This document shows positions 55,352 through 64,000 of a stretch of 64,000 nucleotides of DNA, in pieces (position 1 is the stretch's first letter; each line of letters starts with the position of its first letter). Origin of the DNA: a virus (lineage: Duplodnaviria; Caudoviricetes); IMG/VR virus record IMGVR_UViG_3300037484_000296, positions 1-64,000 of that record; one strand, written 5' to 3'. The notes beneath the pieces are model-generated. The model was not told the origin of the DNA, did not search any database, and saw only the letters and a list, made by a program, of their open reading frames with translations. The position numbers and the translations under genes were made by a program.

Positions 55352-55405
55352 GCATAACAAAACGCTCGAAATTGACGCTTCGCGCAAGTCAGCTAAGCGT
55401 TAGAC
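55352..55405 (+). mobile_element. attC: integron attC site (54 bp)
   Basis: GCATAAC-AAAAC-GCT(C)GAAA-15 nt hairpin-AGTCAGC-TAAGC-GTTAGAC; extra C at L'' position 4. Confidence 0.85.
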
Positions 55406-55645
55406 CGCCTTCACTACGCCGTCCTCTAAAAACTTATCGAGATCTGCCATGCGGCGATAGTGAATACGCGCTCCTTTCTTGACGTAAGATATCTCATGCT
55501 TATACCGCAATTCCCTGATTGCCGTCAGCGACCGGCCAATGTAAAGCGCGGCCTCCCATTCTTCAAGGGTAGGCTTCCGAGAAATTACCGTATAGTATGC
55601 GGCTTGTTTATCCAGGGTCAATGCTTCGTATTCTTTCTGGGTCAT
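55400..55645 (-). CDS. excisionase-like winged-helix protein
   Basis: LEEWEAALYIGRS...IRELRYKHEISYVKKGARIHYRRMADLDKFL pattern (HTH_17/Xis-like); upstream of int. Confidence 0.7.
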   Translation of the reverse strand: MTQKEYEALTLDKQAAYYTVISRKPTLEEWEAALYIGRSLTAIRELRYKHEISYVKKGARIHYRRMADLDKFLEDGVVKAV

Positions 55646-55681
55646 ATTATTCCAATCCTGTAAACATTGTCAAGGTGTCTC

Positions 55682-55864
55682 TCAGACTTCAATAAAAGCA
55701 ATCCCGCATGAAGGGCAGGCGTAAAGAAGTTTCTGGTCTAAACGATAACTATCGTCACGCTCTACTTTCACCGGCAGAGAATAAAACGCGCCCTTTTTAC
55801 CTTGAACTACGTCCAGGCGTTCTCCTTCCCATCCTGACAGATAACCACAATGCGGACATTTCAT
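55682..55864 (-). CDS. small Zn-ribbon protein
   Basis: CPHC...CPSC. Confidence 0.65.
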   Translation of the reverse strand: MKCPHCGYLSGWEGERLDVVQGKKGAFYSLPVKVERDDSYRLDQKLLYACPSCGIAFIEV

Positions 55865-55879
55865 GTTATTGCTCCTTTG

Positions 55880-56052
55880 CTAAGCCAACTTACATTTCCT
55901 TATACTATTCCGAGAAACTATTTCACGTTGCCCGTTTTCAAACTCAACCATGATACTGTTTTTTTACCGCGAACTATAACGCGGCATTTCTTGCCCTTGA
56001 GTGTTTTGCGTTTTTCGTTGTTGCCCCAAGCGAAAATAAATCCGTATTCCAC
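55880..56052 (-). pseudogene. small gene frameshifted in an A7 run
   Basis: 173 bp GTG...TAG; one extra A gives MEYGFIFAWGNNEKRKTLKGKKCRVIVRGKKNSIMVEFENGQREIVSRNSIRKCKLA. Confidence 0.55.
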
Positions 56053-56053
56053 G

Positions 56054-57477
56054 TTACTTACTCGCTTCACATTTCGGTTCCGGCTTCACTTTAGACGGAA
56101 ACAGCCTTGGTTTATCGTGCCAAACAGTCGGCATTTCTCCTGGCTTCAACGGATTTTCGTTGTGCGATACGCAGTGCCGCAGAGCGCAAAATACTTCATA
56201 GCACAGGTGGGCTTGTTTTCCGGATTTTTCGCTCATGATCCCGTAATAAGCGTTTTGCTCAAGGTCTGGGAAAAGAATCCGCTTGAGATGTTCCAGCACA
56301 GCGTCAAGCCCCTTAGCTCTCTGGTTCTCCCATGAATCGTTTTTCCCCTCAAACTGATTGGAGATTTCATTAGTTTGCCCCATTGCAATACGCTCGTATA
56401 ATTCGAGGGCGGCAAGTACTGCATAGGCGTGTTCTTTGCTTATGGTTAAGGTGTACATTGTCCCTCCCGCTATTTATCCAGCGCTATATTAATGCAGGCC
56501 AGCGTTGACATTGCCATTTTTCACATATCCTCGCCGACGTAATGCGTCCGGCTGTCTTCTATAATTCCCCGTGCGTCTCCGAGAATTCTTTGCAACTTCT
56601 CCACCTGACACCACGGGCAGGGATACTCATGGCTATTTGCAAGATATTCACGAAGAAGGACGAGTATTATTATGTCGGCAGGATGTTCCCGTACCGATCC
56701 TGATTGCTCTATTATTTTTATTGCTTCATCGAGTTTTGGCATTCGCGTTATCTCCATGCCCGCCAAACAACAAAACAAATAGCTATGCAAAGTAGGATAG
56801 ACTTGCCGAGTAATAAAGCGTTTGGGCCTATATCTATTATCATTTCTCAACCTCTACGCGCTCACCGTCTGATTCGTTCATTTGCATGGCTTCCAGAAAT
56901 ACGACTGCGGCCTTTGCCTATGTGACGGCTTCTTTGATTGTAAGTTGGCGAGTTATGGTGCCCCTGCCATTACATTCTATACAACTGTCTGCCGGGATAT
57001 TGCCATGAGGCGACCATGGACATTTTTTAATCGCTACCAACCCCGAAGGAAGCGCAAGCATAGACTCCGCTTCACCGTTAGCCGTTTTCAACTCAACATT
57101 CATTGCCCTGCCGCAAGTCATGCGACAGTGCGTTACGATCCATTCTGCTATTGTGGATTTTAGTTTGTCCATTGTATCAACCTATCCTTCCGCAAAACCG
57201 ATTTAATACCTGGTTATGCGTATATATCTTGGATTAGTTCAGCAACAATACTCATGACTTTTACGCGGAACATGGGATCATTCCGGTATCGGTCTATAGC
57301 CCCTTTCTCCATTTCCACAATATCGCTGGCCGTACAGGTTTCAAGATTAACCGTATGCACCCTGTCAAAGTAGTGCAATCGTCGTGCAATAATATCCGTG
57401 AAGGCGTCAGCTATACTTCTGCGGGACCGCGCAACCACCGGATCGACAGCGCCCGCATTTTCATTCTGTGTTTGCAT
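56054..57477 (-). other. four hypothetical CDS (56054-56458; 56521-56850; 56918-57172; 57214-57477)
   Basis: Co-oriented ORFs with RBS. Confidence 0.55.
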
Positions 57478-57869
57478 TCGATCCTTCTTTCTCCCGGCGC
57501 GTCAGCCGGGTGTTCATCGGCGCTGCGTGGATGTAGAATTTCGTCACTTAACTTGGTGTAGCGTCACATGAGTTTTGCCGTTTTTATAGTAGTGTACCCA
57601 TGCCTGAACTTTATCTATTAACGATATTAATAGGCCGGCCGTTACCAGTGCTGCTAATACTCCGAAGTAGATAGACCAAAACATGTTATTCTCCTTTCTC
57701 GTTCCTCAATTCTCTGATATTGCAGCGCCACCGTCACGCCCGCTGTTGCGGGCGTAGCGAATGATCGCCCCATTGTGTGCTACCATCGCCGCCGAAGACG
57801 TGGTGCGGTTTCGATCTTTACGACCTTCCCGTCTGGATCGATAAGACGAATGCCTCCCTGCCTCATCAA

Positions 57870-57921
57870 TGAAAACTCTATAGCGTCCGCGCTTCGCTTG
57901 CGCGTGACGCTCGCGTTATCT
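57870..57921 (+). mobile_element. attC: attC site with degenerate R''
   Basis: CGT(C)CGCG-CTTCGCTTGCG-CGTGACG-CTCGC-GTTATCT; L boxes pair 7/7 with one G.T. Confidence 0.65.
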
Positions 57922-58143
57922 GCTTACCCGCTTTACGCGAACCGCATCTATCCAAATCTTCTTTTCGTTCGGAGTTATAATTCTTATGCGGTCCTCATAC
58001 GTTTGCTCGACCATGCCTTGCCGCCCATACCCACCGTGATCGTAAAACACAACCGACCCTTGCGGAAAGCTCATCGCCGTGGCCGCAGAAAGCAGCACTC
58101 GCGCCTTCCGTAGATTTTCGTATGCTTTTTCAAAATGTCGCAT
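57916..58143 (-). CDS. hypothetical protein in cassette 3
   Basis: ORF fills the space between two attC sites; stop in GTTATCT core. Confidence 0.7.
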   Translation of the reverse strand: MRHFEKAYENLRKARVLLSAATAMSFPQGSVVFYDHGGYGRQGMVEQTYEDRIRIITPNEKKIWIDAVRVKRVSR

Positions 58144-58154
58144 GGCAACCTCGC

Positions 58155-58211
58155 AGATAACAATAAAATCGACAACGACACGCTTCGCGGCGTGTCAAAT
58201 TGTCGTTATTC
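58155..58211 (+). mobile_element. attC: integron attC site (57 bp)
   Basis: AGATAAC-AATAA-AAT(C)GACA-18 nt-TGTCAAA-TTGTC-GTTATTC. Confidence 0.85.
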
Positions 58212-58279
58212 TTCCGTACCTCGTATCTCCTGCAAAGTTGGCCTCTGTTCGTATTTCGAGAAACCTTCTGGCCGGCATT

Positions 58280-59173
58280 TTACCTTCCCGCCTTGGTTTT
58301 GTTGCTTTTTGCTTCCACGCCGGGAATGTCGAGCCTTGCCTTATATGAGGTTGCTTGCCGGTTAAGAAATACCTGATCGGCGGCTATGGCCTGAATTGGG
58401 GCTCTCTTTGCTGTTGAGCTCCACTTGCGAATGAAAGATATGATTTCCTTTTTAGATACACTTTCCGGCATCTTCTCCGCAAGGTCGAGCAATTCAGTGC
58501 AGGTTGACTCGTGTGCAACTGCCTTGCAAAGCAATCCGAGATTAGTTACTGCGGCGCTCCATCTTTCCTGTGTAAAGTTACTCTTTGAAGCCGTCCATGA
58601 TGATCCTACCCTTGGGGCTACGACCGGGGCAGGGGTATCAAGCACTTTTACCGCCTCTTTTTGGATCTCGTCGGCTTCCTCTTGGTTGCCAGAGTCGGCA
58701 AGGTGCTTCGCTTCCAACTCTAGGGCAGCGGCGGCGGCGACCCTTTCTTCTTCCTCTCGTTTCCGAGCTTCTTCCTGGGCCTGACGCTCTTTCTCTTGCC
58801 TGATCCGTTCCTGTTCGTCTTCCCATGCGATAAGTTTGCTGTTGAAAATGTCCTTTGCCTTCTCGTATTCCTCGATGGGAGTTCGGAACAAGTCCATAAT
58901 CTGCGCTTTGGCCTCATCCATCGGCCTCGTGATTGCAAGGCGCTTGTCAGTCAGAGACTTAATGCGCTTCTTTATAGTGCTCAGTTCTTCGCCGCAAGTG
59001 GTATGATCTTCCGGCGTGATAATTATAGCCTGAGTAGCCTTGGAAACAACGCTGCTTGCAAGCTGCAAATCAGCCTTTGTGTCGGGCGCGATTGTAGTTG
59101 ACGGTACGGCAGGGGTGGCGTCCATGATAGTTTTCTTTTCCTGCACTTCGGGCAATGTTGTGGTCGGGGTCAT
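58280..59173 (-). CDS. coiled-coil phage protein of recombination module
   Basis: Long heptad/EK-rich helix; adjacent to exonuclease. Confidence 0.7.
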   Translation of the reverse strand: MTPTTTLPEVQEKKTIMDATPAVPSTTIAPDTKADLQLASSVVSKATQAIIITPEDHTTCGEELSTIKKRIKSLTDKRLAITRPMDEAKAQIMDLFRTPIEEYEKAKDIFNSKLIAWEDEQERIRQEKERQAQEEARKREEEERVAAAAALELEAKHLADSGNQEEADEIQKEAVKVLDTPAPVVAPRVGSSWTASKSNFTQERWSAAVTNLGLLCKAVAHESTCTELLDLAEKMPESVSKKEIISFIRKWSSTAKRAPIQAIAADQVFLNRQATSYKARLDIPGVEAKSNKTKAGR

Positions 59174-59175
59174 GG

Positions 59176-59370
59176 CTATTTCATCCTTTCATTGATAAAT
59201 TTGAAAACGCCTTTTTCGAAAAGCGTTATCATCGCGGTTTCAAAAATGTACTGCTTGTAATTGTTGTCTGCGTAATAGTCCGGGCTATCAACAAAATTGA
59301 GATAGTCCTGACAAAGTTTCTGTAAGTCAATCAAGCAGGGATCTTCTTTTAATGCAGGTTGTTCTGCCAT
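59176..59370 (-). CDS. hypothetical protein
   Basis: GGAG RBS. Confidence 0.55.
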   Translation of the reverse strand: MAEQPALKEDPCLIDLQKLCQDYLNFVDSPDYYADNNYKQYIFETAMITLFEKGVFKFINERMK

Positions 59371-59382
59371 ATAAATAACTCC

Positions 59383-59985
59383 TTATTTGCTGTTCTTAAA
59401 CCGATTCCATCCGAGCGCCATGAGAAAGCTATCACGCGCCGCCATTACTTCTCTTACGCTGTACTGATCTACCATCGGGAAACTGCCGTCCTCGTTGAGG
59501 TAAACCACCTTCCGGGCTTCCGGCCCCATGTAAAGGTCGCGGTCTATCTTATTGGCCTGACAAAGCCCGTAGTAGGCTCCTAGTTGTGCTAGGTCGGCTT
59601 TTTTGTATACGCCGGTTTTGATGTCAAGTAGCGGCAAGCGATCCAGGGTGCCCGCAAATCCATAGACTTCATCGCACATCATGACTTCAACTTGCTGTGG
59701 AGCGTATTGAATGGTTTGCGCTTCCCTGAATCTTTTCCATGACTCAAAATATCCCTTGATTTCGTCGTCTAAGGGGACTTCTTCGTCAAGATTGTCAAGG
59801 TCAAAAAGGGCAGTCGCTAGATGTGCCATGCGTCCGCGCTCTGCGGCCCTGGGGCTGCAAAATTCAATTCCCGGCATACCGCCCTCAAGCTGGATTATCG
59901 TCGTCGTCCCGTCGAATTCTCGGACCTTCCTGCCCTCGTCGTCAACGTGGTAGTACCGATGTTCTTCTGTGCAAATGAGCTTCAT
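59383..59985 (-). CDS. PD-(D/E)XK exonuclease
   Basis: GFAGTLD...LLDIKTG...QLGAY motifs. Confidence 0.8.
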   Translation of the reverse strand: MKLICTEEHRYYHVDDEGRKVREFDGTTTIIQLEGGMPGIEFCSPRAAERGRMAHLATALFDLDNLDEEVPLDDEIKGYFESWKRFREAQTIQYAPQQVEVMMCDEVYGFAGTLDRLPLLDIKTGVYKKADLAQLGAYYGLCQANKIDRDLYMGPEARKVVYLNEDGSFPMVDQYSVREVMAARDSFLMALGWNRFKNSK

Positions 59986-60875
59986 TAGGCCGGGTTCTCC
60001 GCAGACGGTTCAATTTTCTCGATGGCCTCGATATCAAGCCCGTACTGGCTTTTCTTATAGGCGATCTTCACCTTAATGCCCGCTGCCTGCGCTTCCTCTG
60101 CGGTAGCCTTGAATGTATCCGAAAAGGTATTGTACGCGGTCCCGGCCCCGTCAAATATCCGGTGGGGACCCTTGCCCGCCTTGGGGGTAATTTTGGAAAT
60201 GCCGGTGATAATCGGGTCGTGACTGTCGGGTTTCGTTGTCGTTTCTCCTTTGGCCTTGGGCGGAGCGATGGGGGGCTTATCCCCGCCTGCTTCCCGCTGG
60301 TTATACGACACTTTGCTCTTTACCATATCCTGCGTGATCCCGGCATATTTTTCAAGATCGTCCCATGTGAGGTTGCGAATGCCGAGAATGCGCGTGATGC
60401 CATTTCCGTAAAGGTTCGTCAAAGCTGCCTTCTTCACGTCTCCTCTGTCTATGCTGGACGGGGGAAGGAGTTTTCTTTCGTCCTTTACCCCAGCGGCACT
60501 TTTGACATACTCATATTTATTGAAAAACGGGTCTTTGCTTGAGCGTGTCCCCTCTACTTCAATTGTTCTGCCCCCGAGAGAAAAAAATCCCTTAACGCTG
60601 TAAGTAAAATGTCCATCCGATTCCTCGTCATTTTGCGGCACGTCAATGCGCCATGAGATATTGAACAGGTTTGCTATCTTCTCGGATCCAGAAGCCTGCA
60701 AATAAGGCTTACCGTTCTGGTCCGTCCAGTCCATTGCGTTTGTAACCTTGAGTGCAATTTGTTTGATCTTAATAACTGCATCAATACGCTTCTCTGCCTG
60801 ATCGGCCATTGCGATTAAAAAATCATCTGCAATGGGGGCTAAATCTTCGTTCTGTACCTGTAATTCCGTGCTCAT
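59985..60875 (-). CDS. putative single-strand annealing/recombination protein
   Basis: Coupled to exonuclease; GKPYLQASGSEKIANLF motif; flexible C-terminal tail. Confidence 0.6.
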   Translation of the reverse strand: MSTELQVQNEDLAPIADDFLIAMADQAEKRIDAVIKIKQIALKVTNAMDWTDQNGKPYLQASGSEKIANLFNISWRIDVPQNDEESDGHFTYSVKGFFSLGGRTIEVEGTRSSKDPFFNKYEYVKSAAGVKDERKLLPPSSIDRGDVKKAALTNLYGNGITRILGIRNLTWDDLEKYAGITQDMVKSKVSYNQREAGGDKPPIAPPKAKGETTTKPDSHDPIITGISKITPKAGKGPHRIFDGAGTAYNTFSDTFKATAEEAQAAGIKVKIAYKKSQYGLDIEAIEKIEPSAENPA

Positions 60876-60892
60876 GTTTTCTCCTTTTCTCC

Positions 60893-62986
60893 TTACGCCA
60901 TATGCAGGTCAAACCATGCTTCCCGCATCGCGCTATTTCTCTCATCCCTGAAAGTTTCAGCCCGTTCGTCTGAATGTTTCCGGGCGGCTTCCTCAAGTAC
61001 GATTACAAGATCAAGTTCAACTCTCCGCTTCAAGCGGGAGAATGACTGTCGTAGCCCGCTCTTTGTCGGATACCATACGCAAGTAACGTTTATGTTAAAA
61101 TACCGGTCATAGGAATATTCAATGATGCAACCGTGATATTCTTTTCCGTTGAGTATGAACGGATTATGGAATTCTGCGTTCATGGAGCGCCTCCTGGTTA
61201 TGGCCTGTTTAATAAATGGTCATTTTCTATAGTGCATACTGCATGTTGTCATATATTTTCTGGTTACAGCAACTTTGTCGTCAACCGGATACCCACAGCA
61301 GGCCTCTTTCCAACACTCGTGAACATCGCAGGCGCGAACACAGGAATCTATGCTTCTACAATCAGGGCACCCCGTGATGGTATCGTCTGAATCGAATGGA
61401 TTTATTGCAGAGAGTAGCTTATCCTCTGTACCTTTCCATCCACATTCTCTACATACACACTTATCCGGCATTACGCCCCCCCATTACCGAGTTGCATCTA
61501 TAAATTGACACCGCTCAACGGGATGGGCCTTTCCATACGCGTTGCTTTATCGCCTCATATGCCTCTTTTTCTTTTTGTGTCCATCCTGGGCCTGGGGTGC
61601 CAACAAACTGAATGCCTAGTGGGCCTTTCGGCAACTGCCCCCAAGCGGTATGCAAAACGGTTAGTTTCTAAACTGTCTGTGATACATTACCAATGACCCG
61701 GCAACCGCAACGTTGTAGCTATTCGCGCGTATGCTTTCCTTCTCCGTTGCAGCTATAGCACGAACTGATACTCACCCGCCCGACGCCAAACGGTACCGTG
61801 ATTGATCCTTTTCCATGACAAACTCTACAACATACTTTTTCCTTTTCGGCCCTAAGTTCTGCCTTGGCCTTGCTAAGTTCATCGCAAAGCGGATTTTCGG
61901 AAGGAGCATGAAAAGCCATTCCGTAATTTTCGTGCGCTCCTTGCACATCTTCAGCTGCCATCTTTATCTGATCGGCTGTTGCGCTTATGCCGTGCTCTTC
62001 AAACGAAGACGCGAGGCATTCACGCCAGTAATCATTGGGATTCACGAGGCCCTCGCTTTCTCGCCGCCCGCCAGCGTTCTTTCCATTGCTATTTCCAGGG
62101 CTATATCTATCTCCCGCGCTGGATTGCGAGGGTGCCAGCAACCGTATTCTGAATCATAATAACAGCCTTTTTCTGTGCAATAGGGGTGCGTTCCTTGTGC
62201 TCCGCAGTGTTCATCGAAAAACGCTTGAATTGTATGCATGACATTTCCTCCTTGTCGTTATCTGTGAAAAACATTTTGCAAACAGAATAGGCCGCTGCCG
62301 AGATTATCGAGAAGACGGGGGATAATGGGTTCATGTTTTTATCCTCTCGACATGGCACGGGCAACCTTCTCCCTCGTCTCCCTGCATAAAAGTTTTACGC
62401 GGGGGCCAAGAAAAGCCGTATGCTTTTGTCACCGAATGCGGGAGTTTTATTTCTGGAATGGGGACGGTGCATTTATAGCTGTCATGCCCATAGACTCTTA
62501 TCTTCCCATTATTCAATGGAGGAACATTAAGCCAGCCGCAATTTTTACAGTTGTTCATATTTCCCTCTCCCTTTCCTTCGGTATCATCATCAGCCCTAAC
62601 TCAGTTTTGTAAAATATGCAGTCCTTGCCTAATTCTTTTTCCAGCCTGATAAGCTCGGCACACTTTGAATCGGGCAGGGCTTCGGCTACTGAAACAATTA
62701 AGGATCTGGGTATGATGGTTAGGGTTGGCATGGGGTAATATTATTCTGTGGCCCGACGCCCACCCGTTAGCTGATCTGCATGTATTTCCGCCAATACCGT
62801 GTGATGCACATTGGCCCATATGCCCCGAAACACAACTAGACGGTGCGGCACTTTTTTAACCTTAGAAGTGGCAATGGAAAATGCTTTTATAGCTCCCTCG
62901 TCGTTGTATGCGCCTTCTAGTTTTAATGTTTTTAGATAGTCTAATTGCCACCCAAAAAATGTGTGCTTCTGAACTTGGTAGCTCAT
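60893..62986 (-). other. run of small hypothetical early CDS (60893-61183; 61220-61471; 61719-62141 with DnaJ-type CxxCxGxG; 62042-62239; 62331-62558; 62741-62986)
   Basis: Co-oriented ORFs, several Cys-rich. Confidence 0.55.
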
Positions 62987-63354
62987 ACCCCATCCTTTCT
63001 GCGTTCTCGCCTCAGAAGGTGCGAAGATCGGCGGCTTCCTATTCGCCGTGCAAAGCTTATGGTCAGCTAAGGCTCTCAATGCCTGTATTGGAGGTTCTGC
63101 ACTACACGTCCACAGGTACAGTTGATGTGCCTTATTCCGTCAAATCGCACCATCTCAAGCGAGAACTGTTAAAGATTCATAATATCAGTAGACAACTTAG
63201 CCGCCAGCTCTGCCGCGTTATGTCGCGTCTCTCGCTCTACTTCTTTTGCGAAGAGCCTGAGTGCTCGTTCAAGGTCGTCACCTTTTGCTTGGTTTATTTC
63301 TTCCTTGAAATTGTCGATGATCTTTTTTATGAAAGTGTCTTGTGCCATATATTT

Positions 63355-63851
63355 TTACTCCTGTACCCCTGATTTCTCATGCTCTTCCCATTGCAGAACG
63401 GCTTTCGGCTTATTCGCCCAATCAGCAGGGGAGCCTTCCGAAGAGGCGGCAAAGTCAATCTCCATTGTCTGTCCGTCCTTGATAATGCGAGGAACGCCGT
63501 ATGAAGATTCCAAGCCGTCCACGGGATCATATTGATGAACGAATTCCCAGAATTCTTCCATTGGAATTTCTATCGTGCCTTCAAGATGTGACATGGTTAT
63601 TTCTCCGCCCTCACCATCTGTTATTTCAAAACATCTTGCAGCCATTGCAGCGCGTCCCGCTCCAGATTATCTTTCCATCCCCTGCCGCTGTATGTTTCAC
63701 TGTTGAGCGTACATCCCCACGTATTGTAGCCGCCTCGATATCCCCGCCGCTTATAATCTATCGTCACCATGCCTTGCTTGTCCGGGGCAAAGAAAACCGT
63801 AAAATCGTTGCCTATAAATTCATGGGTCCATCCTTGCGGAAGCGAAATCAT
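63355..63851 (-). other. two hypothetical CDS (63355-63594; 63621-63851)
   Basis: Each preceded by a copy of a 21-bp repeat carrying the RBS. Confidence 0.6.
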
Positions 63852-63870
63852 TTCTCCGGCCTCACCATCT
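63599..63870. repeat. 21-bp direct repeat (63599-63619 and 63850-63870)
   Basis: ATTTCTCCG(C/G)CCTCACCATCT, 20/21 identical. Confidence 0.8.
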
Positions 63871-64000
63871 TAATTGCTTCATCAGGTTCCGCGAGCTGGT
63901 ACTTGTACCAATCTGCCGGAGTTTTCATGGATAATGTTTTTGTAGGCATGGGAGCCTCCTTTATGCGATAACGTCAGGGAAATAACCCATTTCTGAGAAC

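Noticed and set aside
61490-61525. attC remnant CTATAAATTGACACCGCT
   Set aside because: It resembles an attC left arm but has no R boxes or partner arm; too short to support
1-64000. CRISPR array, rRNA, IS transposase, group I/II intron
   Set aside because: No regularly spaced repeats or diagnostic motifs were seen
1-64000. Stop-codon reassignment
   Set aside because: Long genes are intact under the standard code, all three stops terminate genes, and no suppressor tRNA is present
1-64000. Prophage with host flanks
   Set aside because: No host housekeeping genes are present and attP is intact, so the window lies wholly within the phage genome

Overview
The whole window is part of one temperate tailed-phage genome, apparently in its free, unintegrated form, with podovirus-like morphogenesis genes and a Gram-negative host (overlapping two-component spanins). 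The + strand (1-41.9 kb) carries small accessory genes, an atypical tRNA-Met(CAT), scaffold, major capsid, decoration and adaptor proteins, tail proteins (two with PKD and/or NHL repeats), ejection-type proteins, a 4005-aa polyvalent protein, a small RHH operon and an amidase-holin-spanin lysis cassette. The - strand (41.9-64 kb) is an early/accessory region of about 60 small ORFs. It includes tRNA-Pro, tRNA-Tyr, a Thg1-like 3'-5' polymerase, a promoter-driven structured RNA, an intact attP core (3' half of tRNA-Leu(TAA)), a tyrosine integrase with a Zn-ribbon insertion, an Xis-like protein and an exonuclease/annealing module. Terminase, portal and replication genes are not in the window. The main discovery is a dispersed set of integron attC-type sites in the early region. 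Three have exact 7-5-8-n-7-5-7 geometry and several more are decayed. All are antisense to the genes they delimit, no IntI is visible in the window, and two cassettes sit between xis and int. Other strong signals are a 12-fold repeated Ala-Met-Pro peptide motif in three virion proteins, a synonymously recoded internal duplication, and a ~170-nt structured RNA. All family assignments come from motif recognition by eye; no searches were run.
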